64,000 bases of DNA from Candidatus Puniceispirillaceae bacterium (GTDB lineage: Bacteria; Pseudomonadota; Alphaproteobacteria; Puniceispirillales; Puniceispirillaceae). The stretch lies in assembly GCA_049890015.1 (NCBI GenBank), contig JBMHCH010000010.1:7566-71565 (forward strand), given 5' to 3'. A program made the translations under genes and the position numbers. Below, in pieces: positions 56,581 to 64,000 of this stretch (positions within the stretch are counted from its first letter, which is position 1; every line of letters starts with the position of its first letter). Under the pieces are notes generated by a model. It was not told the origin of the DNA and made no database searches. It worked only from the letters and a program-made list of their open reading frames with translations.

Positions 56581-57207
56581 CTACTCTGTCAGCGGCCCCG
56601 TGCTGATCTGCGCCCGGCCTGCCATCCCTGGGCCCCGCCAAAGGCATAGCGCCAGCAACGGCCCGTCGCGCATATCCATGGCGTGGGGCTGGAAGGACCG
56701 ATGGATGCGGATGCCGCCGGGGCCAAGATCTGCCGTCGCCTCGCCATCGGACTCGAACCGGCACCTGCCGCCAACAACCAGATACAACTCCTCGGCCTCA
56801 TGGTCATGGGTAGGATAATACAGGCCTTGCCCCCAATATCCGATAAAGGCCCGGCACTGGGACGAGGTGAAGATTCCGGTCGGCCCGAACAGCTCGAGAT
56901 AGCCGTAATTGTCAAGAAAATGCCGCCCGACCTCGGTCTCGCTGTAGGTCTGCACCCAGTCGGCATGGTCAGCCACCGCCGCCAGCGCAGCCTGGAAGGG
57001 CCCGTCTCCTGCCATCGCCATGATCTGCGGCAGAACAGGCACGGCGCGCGGGCTTGGCGCCTTAAAGACAAGGTCACCTGGCCATGGGCTGAAGTCACAT
57101 AGCTCGGGCGTCTCCTGATGAATCTGTCTTGTCTCGGCAAGAAGCTGGCGGAACAGCTGTTCAATCTGATCCGGTGAAAGGCTGTTCATCAGGGCATCTC
57201 TCTTCAC
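56581..57207 (-). CDS. dddQ: DddQ-like cupin DMSP lyase
   Basis: YGYLELFGPTG, YWGQGLYYPTHDHEAEELY, HRSFQPHAM cupin motifs. GTG start overlaps the ligase TGA (alternative ATG 57189). Confidence 0.75.
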   Translation of the reverse strand: MKRDALMNSLSPDQIEQLFRQLLAETRQIHQETPELCDFSPWPGDLVFKAPSPRAVPVLPQIMAMAGDGPFQAALAAVADHADWVQTYSETEVGRHFLDNYGYLELFGPTGIFTSSQCRAFIGYWGQGLYYPTHDHEAEELYLVVGGRCRFESDGEATADLGPGGIRIHRSFQPHAMDMRDGPLLALCLWRGPGMAGRAQISTGPLTE

Positions 57208-58805
57208 AGTGTGAGGGACTTCTGGTCGAGGGATTTCTGGTCGAGGGACATTTGGGAAAGGGACATCTGGGCAAGCCGCCCCTTTTCGGGCTTGCCGGTG
57301 ACGGTGCGCGGCATGTCATCGAGAATCGTCACGATCGCCGGCACCATGAATTTCGCCATGACATTGCGGCAATGCGCCTGGATCTCGGCAGCTGTAAGGC
57401 CACTGCCGGGCTTCAGGGTTACAAACAGCCGGATATCCTCCTCGCCAAGCGCCGCCGGCACACCGATGGCAGCGGCATCTTCGATCTGCGGATGGGCCAG
57501 AGCCCCCTCCTCGACCTCGAAGCCTGACACCATCTCGCCCCGCACCCTGATTCTCTCGGCCATGCGGCAACGGAAATAGAAGCGTCCCTGATCATCAAGC
57601 CTGCCAATGTCTCCCGTGTGGAACCACAGATTTCTTCGGGTTTCCAATGTCTTGTCCGGCATGCCGAAATAGCCGTCAGCCATGACACCCGGCTCGCGCG
57701 GACGGATCACCATCTCGCCGTCACAGCCTGCAGGCACCGGGTCGTCCTGCTCATCGACGATCGCCCCCTCGTAATGCGGCAGCACGATCCCGCCAGGATG
57801 ATCCCATTGCGGCACAACCACCCACCCGGCATCGGTGGAGCCGTAACCGCCTCCCGGCACAAGATGCAATCCGAAACGCGCGTCGAAATCCACCTTTGGC
57901 ACAGGTGCAGGCGTTGCCCAGCATCGGGTGACCCGGTGCTGACGTTCTTCGGCACAGGGCGGCGCCGACCAGAGAAGCTGCTGAACCGACCCGAGACACA
58001 TGAACCAGGTGACGCCGAACCGCACCATTTCCGGCCAGAAATTGGACAGGCTGAAGCCGTCGCGGACAACAACGCGGCCGCCTGTCATCAGCGTCGGAAG
58101 AATGTCGTAGAAAGCCGGCCCGATATGCGACAGAGGATAGGGGGTGTAGGAAACATCATCCGCGGTGACGCGGAACGGGCCGATCATATTCTCGGCCGTC
58201 CGCACGGCATAGCGGTGCGACAGCAGGCACCCCTTGGAAAAGCCGGTGGTGCCCGAGGTGAACATCACCACCGCAGTATCGGTATCGCGCGCTGCGCTTT
58301 CGATATGGTCGTCCCGATCAGCCAGAAGGTCATCAAACAGCATGATCCCGAGGCCTGGAAAGCGCGCCGCCGCGTCATCCGCAGCCTCTGTGACAATCAG
58401 TGTGCGAAGATGGGGCAAATCGTCGGCGACCGCCTCCAGCGCGTCGAAATGCGCCGGCGATGTCAGCAGCATCTCGCATTCTGTAAGATTGATCATACGG
58501 ACCAGCGCCAGTCCGCGGAAGGCGCGGTTGATCGAGACCTCGACAAGATCAATCTTCTTCAGCGCATAGGCCATCGCCAGATAAGCAAAACTGTTCTCCA
58601 GCATGATGGCGACATGACCGGACGCCGCCATCTGCGGGTCTCGCTCCGTCAGATTGCGTATCCCGTGCCCGACCCGGTTGATCCGTGACTCCAGCTCGGC
58701 GTAGCTGATGGTTTCCCCTGACGGGGCGATTGTGATGGCGGGTCTGTCGGCAAAGCGGGTCGCGCAATCATGGATCAGCGCGCCAAGGGTGATTCTGAGG
58801 GGCAT
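57204..58805 (-). CDS. Acyl-CoA synthetase, CaiC (carnitine/crotonobetaine-CoA ligase)-like
   Basis: FTSGTTGFSKG, YGSTDAG, WFHTGDIG, PRTVTGKP; RBS gaggag before ATG 58805. Confidence 0.85.
   Translation of the reverse strand: MPLRITLGALIHDCATRFADRPAITIAPSGETISYAELESRINRVGHGIRNLTERDPQMAASGHVAIMLENSFAYLAMAYALKKIDLVEVSINRAFRGLALVRMINLTECEMLLTSPAHFDALEAVADDLPHLRTLIVTEAADDAAARFPGLGIMLFDDLLADRDDHIESAARDTDTAVVMFTSGTTGFSKGCLLSHRYAVRTAENMIGPFRVTADDVSYTPYPLSHIGPAFYDILPTLMTGGRVVVRDGFSLSNFWPEMVRFGVTWFMCLGSVQQLLWSAPPCAEERQHRVTRCWATPAPVPKVDFDARFGLHLVPGGGYGSTDAGWVVVPQWDHPGGIVLPHYEGAIVDEQDDPVPAGCDGEMVIRPREPGVMADGYFGMPDKTLETRRNLWFHTGDIGRLDDQGRFYFRCRMAERIRVRGEMVSGFEVEEGALAHPQIEDAAAIGVPAALGEEDIRLFVTLKPGSGLTAAEIQAHCRNVMAKFMVPAIVTILDDMPRTVTGKPEKGRLAQMSLSQMSLDQKSLDQKSLTL
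57214..57273. repeat. 15-bp tandem repeat x4 at the 3' end of the CoA ligase
   Basis: agggacttctggtcg / agggatttctggtcg / agggacatttgggaa / agggacatctgggca. Confidence 0.9.
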
Positions 58806-58880
58806 GATCGGCTTACTCCTCACCAAAAAGCCGGACGGGCCCGGTCCCCTGCGGGCCGACACGTCCGGCGTTTGATGGTT

Positions 58881-58957
58881 TGGTCGGAGCGAGAGGATTC
58901 GAACCTCCGACCCCCTGCTCCCGAAGCAGGTGCGCTACCAGGCTGCGCTACGCTCCG
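58881..58957 (-). tRNA. tRNA-Pro(CGG)
   Basis: CGGAGCGTAGCGCAGCCTGGTAGCGCA-CCTGC-TTCGGGA-GCAGG...GTTCGAATCC...CCGACCA; 77 nt. Confidence 0.97.
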
Positions 58958-59074
58958 CACCACCGCGCGTTTATAGGCGGTTGCGTGCGGCTTCGCAACC
59001 CGATTCAGGCTGGCTGCCACCCCCGGAAGAATGCCTTTGACGAACGGGGACGGCTTCCCGTCTTGTACCGATGA

Positions 59075-59437
59075 TCAGTCTTCGAATCTGCCACGGAGCA
59101 CGGCAAGCGACTGGCGGGCCGAATCGAGTGAAGCCATGGCTTCTCCGAGGCGGTTGCCGGCTGGCGTGGCATCCGACAGCGTCATGCCGCCGGGTTGGCG
59201 GGTGCTCAGATGCTTCTGCGCGCCCTTGATGGTGAAGCCTTCCTTGTACAGAAGGTCGCGAATGCGCTCCAGCAGGGCAACGTCGTCCGGCCGGTAATAG
59301 CGGCGTCCGCCACTGCGTTTCAACGGACGCAGCGAACTGAACTTGGTTTCCCAGAAGCGCAGTACATGCGGCGGAATGTCAAGATGCTCGGCAACTTCGG
59401 AAATCGTGCGGAAAGCGTCAGAAGATTTCTGTGTCAT
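59075..59437 (-). CDS. MerR family transcriptional regulator (conserved ihfA neighbour)
   Basis: [33 protein letters not shown]. Confidence 0.92.
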   Translation of the reverse strand: MTQKSSDAFRTISEVAEHLDIPPHVLRFWETKFSSLRPLKRSGGRRYYRPDDVALLERIRDLLYKEGFTIKGAQKHLSTRQPGGMTLSDATPAGNRLGEAMASLDSARQSLAVLRGRFED

Positions 59438-59727
59438 GGCCCGCCATCGACCCGGTCTTTCAGGAGATGGGACGGACGGAAGGACAGAACCCGCCGCGGC
59501 GTTATGCGCGCCTCGACGCCTGTCTTCGGATTGCGGCCAACGCGTTCGCGCTTCGACTGCACCGAAAAAGTTCCAAAGGAGGAAAGCTTAACTTCTTCGC
59601 CTTTTTCGAGAGATACGCACATCTCTTCGAGAAAGGTCTCAACAAGCTCCGCCGATTCATTGCGGGACAGGCCGATATTGCGGTAGACCGCCTCGGCGAG
59701 GTCGGCGCGTGTCAAGGTCTTGCTCAT
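59434..59727 (-). CDS. ihfA: Integration host factor alpha
   Basis: [26 protein letters not shown]. Confidence 0.97.
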   Translation of the reverse strand: MSKTLTRADLAEAVYRNIGLSRNESAELVETFLEEMCVSLEKGEEVKLSSFGTFSVQSKRERVGRNPKTGVEARITPRRVLSFRPSHLLKDRVDGGP

Positions 59728-59856
59728 CCGTCCACGCTAATTCGGATTGCCGGGCGAGTCAATTCGCCACGACTTTGAAAAGCAATTATTTGCATCTGTC
59801 TTAACAGATGGTTAGTTGAGAAAGCTAATGTTGGCGCTGACCGGCCAAAATGTCAG

Positions 59857-60843
59857 TTATGCCGAGGCCGGGCGCCCATACCGGACCAGCGCCGCCCCCC
59901 AGACAAGACCGCCGCCAATCGCCTCGAAAGCAAGCACCTGACCGTCGCAAATACGGCCATCCCCCACCGCCTCTGCCAAAGCCAGCGGAATAGACGCTGC
60001 AGACGTGTTGGCATGTGCATGCACGGTCTTCACAACCTGGCTGTCGGGAAGATTCATTTTCTTCTGCATGCCCTCAATGATCCGGATATTGGCCTGGTGC
60101 GGCACCAGCCAGTCGACCTCTGTCACCGGCATGCCTGCGGCCTCAAGCACTTCATCCATGACACTTGAAAGCTTTTCAACAGCATGGCGAAAGACCTTGT
60201 TGCCTTCCATACGCACATGCCCGACCTCGCCGGAGCTCGACGGGCCCCCATCCACATAGAGAATATCGCGATGCGCCCCGTCAGCGTGAAGACGGCTTGC
60301 AAGAACACCATACCCATGCCCCTCGTCGGATCGCTCGAGAAGCACTGCTCCGGCGCCGTCGCCGAAGAGCACGCATGTCGAGCGGTCATTCCAGTCGAGA
60401 ATCTTTGAAAAACTTTCCGCCCCGATGACAAGGGCGCGTTTGCCGCGCCCGGCGCTGAGCATAGCGTCCGCGACATCGAGGGCGTAGACGAAGCCGGCAC
60501 AGACCGCCTGCACATCAAAGGCGATAGCCCCGCTCGCCCCTAGCTGGTGCTGCACCTTGGTAGCGGTCGACGGAAAGGTATCGTCGGGGGTGCTGGTGGC
60601 GACAATGATCAGATCCAGCTGGTCCGCCTTGATCCCAGCGCGCTCCAGCGCCTGCTGGGCCGCATTGCGCGCAAGATCGGAAGTTTTCTCGCCTTCGGCG
60701 ACAATGTGGCGCTGCGCAATGCCTGTGCGCTGCCTGATCCACTCGTCACTGGTATCGACAAAGCTGGCCAGCTCAGCGTTGGTGACAACTCGCTGCGGCA
60801 GGTAAGACCCCACCGAAATCATCAGGGTCGCGCTGTCAGCCAT
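59857..60843 (-). CDS. fabH: 3-oxoacyl-ACP synthase III
   Basis: DTSDEWIRQRTGI, AVCAGF, PHQAN, ANTSAAS, GGGLVWG. Confidence 0.96.
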   Translation of the reverse strand: MADSATLMISVGSYLPQRVVTNAELASFVDTSDEWIRQRTGIAQRHIVAEGEKTSDLARNAAQQALERAGIKADQLDLIIVATSTPDDTFPSTATKVQHQLGASGAIAFDVQAVCAGFVYALDVADAMLSAGRGKRALVIGAESFSKILDWNDRSTCVLFGDGAGAVLLERSDEGHGYGVLASRLHADGAHRDILYVDGGPSSSGEVGHVRMEGNKVFRHAVEKLSSVMDEVLEAAGMPVTEVDWLVPHQANIRIIEGMQKKMNLPDSQVVKTVHAHANTSAASIPLALAEAVGDGRICDGQVLAFEAIGGGLVWGAALVRYGRPASA

Positions 60844-61885
60844 TGTCCTTCTTATCCTCAAGAATGGTGTTTGCACGCGCGATAGCGGCGCTGACATCAG
60901 GGATGAACCCGTGATCTACCAGTTCAGCCGCCACATTGATGGCATTCGCGAAGCCGATCCTGTCGGTGCCGCCATGCGATTTGACCGCAATGCCGTTGAG
61001 CCCCAGAAACACGGCGCCGTTATAGCGCCGCGGATCAATATGCTCGCGCATGTCGGACAGTGCGCTGCGCGCCAGGAAGTAGCCAAGCTTTGAAAGCCAG
61101 GTCTTGGCAAAGCTGCGGCGCAGCAACCTTGTGAACATTGAAGAAATGCCTTCGGCAGTTTTCAAGGCGATATTGCCGGAAAACCCGTCGGTTACCACCA
61201 CATCAAGCTGCCCGTTCACCAGATCGGAACCCTCGACAAAACCCTGATAGTTGATGCCAAGATCAGGGTCGGCAAGCTGGCGCGAGGCGACGCGAAGATA
61301 CTCATGCCCCTTCTGCTCTTCCTCGCCAACATTGAGCAGGCCAAGCCGTGGCGCGTCCTTGCCTGTCAGACTGCGGTGAAAGGCCTGTCCCAGAATGGCG
61401 AACTGTACCAGATTTTCAGCATCACACTCAATGTTGGCGCCAAGATCAAGCATGCACATCAGCTCGCCGACCGTGGGGAAAAAGGCGGCAATGGCCGGCC
61501 TTGTAACGCCAGGCATGGTGCGAAGCTGCAGTTTCGCCATCGCCATCAGCGCGCCGGTGTTGCCAGCCGAGACAACGGCGTCGGCGCTGCCGTCGGCAAC
61601 ACTGGCAATCGACATCCACATGGAGGTGCCCTTGCCACGCCGCACGGCCTGCGAAGCCGTGTCGTCAGGCGAAACCGCATCATCAGTATGGATGATCTCG
61701 GCCTGCGACAGATGCTGCGAACGGCTCAGCAACGGTCTGATCCGCGCTTCATCACCATAGAACACAACCTCGAGATGAGGGTGATCGCCGCAGGCGATAT
61801 CCGCACCCCGGACAACGCAGGCCGGCGCGTTGTCACCACCCATGGCATCCAGCGCCAGTCTTACCTTTTGTGCCTCGGAATTCAC
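60836..61885 (-). CDS. plsX: Phosphate acyltransferase PlsX
   Basis: ALDAMGGDNAP, SAGNTGAL, DLGAN, DGFSGNIALK, KSHG. Confidence 0.97.
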   Translation of the reverse strand: MNSEAQKVRLALDAMGGDNAPACVVRGADIACGDHPHLEVVFYGDEARIRPLLSRSQHLSQAEIIHTDDAVSPDDTASQAVRRGKGTSMWMSIASVADGSADAVVSAGNTGALMAMAKLQLRTMPGVTRPAIAAFFPTVGELMCMLDLGANIECDAENLVQFAILGQAFHRSLTGKDAPRLGLLNVGEEEQKGHEYLRVASRQLADPDLGINYQGFVEGSDLVNGQLDVVVTDGFSGNIALKTAEGISSMFTRLLRRSFAKTWLSKLGYFLARSALSDMREHIDPRRYNGAVFLGLNGIAVKSHGGTDRIGFANAINVAAELVDHGFIPDVSAAIARANTILEDKKDNG

Positions 61886-61917
61886 TTAGCTGCCGCCTTC
61901 CGGTCCAGAACCAAAGA

Positions 61918-62466
61918 TTATCGGGATGAAGTATCGGATGATTTCAGGCTGGCAAGCCCGGCGAAAGGGTGCGAAGGGTCAGCTTCACCGGCCTGAAAGC
62001 TTTCCGGCGCATCCTTGGAGCGTGGCCAGGGTGTGACGGCAAGAGCCAGCGACTGGGCCACCATCTCCCCAAGGTCGATCCGGCCGTCGACAAGCGGTTC
62101 GGCCGCGTCCAGATCGACAAGGATCTCGTCTTGTGAATCGGTGAGCCGAACATACCGGTCTTCAAGCTCGAAATCCACTGATTCCGGAACCGGGTTGCCG
62201 GTCACGCTGCACGCCTGAACCACGTCTGCGACAAGCCTGCCGCGAATATCCCAGCTTCCAGCCGCGACCTGAAACAGCCGCACATCGGCGCGCAGGCCTC
62301 GCACCTCCATAAAGCCGAATCGCGCTGCCAGCTGGGCACATTCGGCTAGGCTGGCCTGAAGCTGGCCTTGAAGCTCGCCGACAGCTGGCAGTGTCTGCAC
62401 ATCAATCAGGCTGTCTAACGTGAAGGTCTGCATCTGTGAAATATTGCCCGTTTGCGGCACCATCAT
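61918..62466 (-). CDS. DUF177 (YceD) family protein
   Basis: VVQACSVTG.PV, IDLGEMVAQSLALA..PWPR, HPFAGLASLK; upstream of plsX. Confidence 0.85.
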   Translation of the reverse strand: MMVPQTGNISQMQTFTLDSLIDVQTLPAVGELQGQLQASLAECAQLAARFGFMEVRGLRADVRLFQVAAGSWDIRGRLVADVVQACSVTGNPVPESVDFELEDRYVRLTDSQDEILVDLDAAEPLVDGRIDLGEMVAQSLALAVTPWPRSKDAPESFQAGEADPSHPFAGLASLKSSDTSSR

Positions 62467-62555
62467 AGTCACCCGCCATTATGGTCACCGGGGATTACTG
62501 TCCTCAGCCGGGCACTATAGCGATTATGTGGCAGAAATCCATGATGTTGGCCGGT

Positions 62556-63107
62556 TCATCCGACCGGACTGTCGAGATGCCCGCGAAGCAGGGTTTCCGT
62601 GTCGAGTTCGGCAATGTGCTTTTCAAGGTGCATCACGAAATCGATCATTGCCTCGCCAACCTCTCCGTCGCCACGAAGAAGGTTGCGCTGCAGCGCCGCC
62701 GAAAGCGCCACGCGATCTCCGGAGTCGAGTGCCGAAGCATAGGCGTCAAGCCGTCCCATGAAAGCCTCGGCCATTACCCTCACCCGCTTGGCAACACCGA
62801 TATCGCCTGCGCCCATCTCGCGAAGTGACAGATCCATATCCGCGAACATCGAGTCGAAGAGCTGCTGACTCAGTTCCTGCCCCTCTTCGCCACAGTCCTT
62901 GAGCCGCCGCATGATCAAACCGACAACCAGCGCAAGGGCGTCGAATCTGCCATCGACCGTGTCCGCGACACCGTGATCAGTGAAAAAGGACGGATCACGC
63001 GCCATTTCGACCGCATTCCCATACAGCACTTCCGAAGTCACCTGCTGTCGACGCTGTCCCCAGCCAAGCATATTTCCAAGCCATCCTGTTTCTTGGCTTT
63101 TCATCAC
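62556..63107 (-). CDS. Ubiquinol-cytochrome c chaperone (Cbp3-like)
   Basis: VADTVDGRFD, DMDLSLREMGAGD, GRLDAY, LQRNL. Confidence 0.88.
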   Translation of the reverse strand: MMKSQETGWLGNMLGWGQRRQQVTSEVLYGNAVEMARDPSFFTDHGVADTVDGRFDALALVVGLIMRRLKDCGEEGQELSQQLFDSMFADMDLSLREMGAGDIGVAKRVRVMAEAFMGRLDAYASALDSGDRVALSAALQRNLLRGDGEVGEAMIDFVMHLEKHIAELDTETLLRGHLDSPVG

Positions 63108-63186
63108 AAGTTCATCCCATTAAGGTAGCGCTCGTCCAGGCCGCCCCCGGCCCTGGATAGCGCATGATTACTTCAGGGCTAGCAGA

Positions 63187-63651
63187 ATGACCAGAGGCTT
63201 GTTTGACGCATTTCCAGCCGCACGCGCGATAGTGACGAGCCTGGCGGTCCCTCTTCTTGTGCTTTCAATGGCCGGCTGTGAAAGCCGTGTCTCCTCCCAT
63301 GGCCATACCATCGACGCCGTGGAGCTCGACCAGATCGTGCCGGGCGAGACACGTCTTGTCGATCTGCAGGGCATTCTTGGCGTGCCAAGCTTCGAAGGCG
63401 CCTTTGACTCCGGCAAGATTTATTACGTCAGCGAAGTCATGATCGAGCCTCCCGGCGGCCGCAAACGTGCCGCAACACGGACGGTGATCATCATCAGCCT
63501 CGATGACGCCGATACGGTAACCAATATCGAGATCCGCGACGAAGGCAGCGGCAACACCATCGCCTATCTCGATGAAAAGACGCCGACACCGGGTGACACT
63601 TTCGGTGTCGCCGAACAGCTGTTCTCGACATTGCGGCGCAAACCGCGCTAG
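63187..63651 (+). CDS. bamE: Outer membrane assembly lipoprotein BamE
   Basis: Lipobox SMAGC, GHT.D..LDQIVPG, LGVPS, IYYVS. Confidence 0.8.
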   Translation: MTRGLFDAFPAARAIVTSLAVPLLVLSMAGCESRVSSHGHTIDAVELDQIVPGETRLVDLQGILGVPSFEGAFDSGKIYYVSEVMIEPPGGRKRAATRTVIIISLDDADTVTNIEIRDEGSGNTIAYLDEKTPTPGDTFGVAEQLFSTLRRKPR

Positions 63652-64000
63652 CCGCCAGCCTTGCTTCCCATTTCTGCAGACCGCGCGTCTCTCGCGACGC
63701 GGTCGAGAATGGCATTGATAAAGCCGACATCGCATCCACATACATCCGCCAGAGCGGCATATTCGCTGACCACGGCGCGCGCCGGCAGATGCGGCATGCT
63801 GACGAGTTCGCAGGCGCCGGCCCGCAGAACAGCACGGTCAATGACCGTCATCCGCTCCAGCGTCCACCCCTCGGCAAGACATGTGGCAAGAATCCCGTCA
63901 AGCTCGTCGCACCGCGCCTCTACCGCCATGGCCAGCTCGTTCAGATGACCGCTGTCGATATCCTTGACGCGGAAGGACTTGCGGATGTCCTCGCTGTAAT
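63648..64000 (-). CDS. nusB: Transcription antitermination factor NusB, 3' part (starts beyond window end)
   Basis: GWTLERMTVIDRAVLRAGACEL, VVSEY, FINAILDRVAR; frame open to 64000. Confidence 0.85.
   Translation of the reverse strand, partial: YSEDIRKSFRVKDIDSGHLNELAMAVEARCDELDGILATCLAEGWTLERMTVIDRAVLRAGACELVSMPHLPARAVVSEYAALADVCGCDVGFINAILDRVARDARSAEMGSKAGG

Noticed and set aside
57214-57273. CRISPR-like array
   Set aside because: The units are contiguous with no spacers, in frame within a CDS, and there are no cas genes.
55818-58957. attL/attR of a prophage or integrative element
   Set aside because: Both tRNAs are full length with different anticodons, and there is no integrase, phage or transfer gene nearby.
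61886-61917. Hidden rpmF between DUF177 and plsX
   Set aside because: The gap is only about 32 nt; rpmF is often elsewhere in alphaproteobacteria.

Overview
A high-GC, mostly housekeeping chromosomal window from an alphaproteobacterium. The gene order and marine organosulfur genes suggest a SAR116/Rhodospirillales-like marine lineage, but that is inference. Core blocks: mfd-sdhE/recG, mazG, hfq, the dusB-ntrB-ntrC-ntrY-ntrX-trkA operon, ispDF-pgpA-cinA, pdhABC-lpdA-lipA-ratA, pyrG-kdsA-eno-ftsB, tpiA-secG, ppiD-trpE, a yejABEF-type ABC transporter, and plsX-fabH-ihfA-merR-tRNA-Pro. Accessory-looking parts: (i) 1-4.4 kb, a fluoroacetate-dehalogenase-type hydrolase between two DMT transporters; (ii) 40.6-46.3 kb, an uncharacterised SPOR/coiled-coil protein, an acyl-CoA synthetase coupled to an (R)-amine-transaminase-type enzyme, an orphan PhnZ/TmpB-like HD protein and a structured 480-nt intergenic region; (iii) 52-59 kb, LexA-boxed mmcB, a 47-aa CDGSH-like protein, ytoQ, a homocysteine S-methyltransferase, an SDR, and a DddQ-like DMSP lyase coupled to a CoA ligase between two tRNA-Pro genes. 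I saw no CRISPR array, rRNA, integrase or transposase. Several lesions in conserved or essential genes (in-frame TAG in lpdA, catalytic Cys to Phe in pyrG, a scrambled HD motif) suggest local consensus errors, so single-base oddities need read-level confirmation. The strongest lead for a new system is a possible methylated-sulfur/betaine catabolic neighbourhood at 53-59 kb; it remains a hypothesis.
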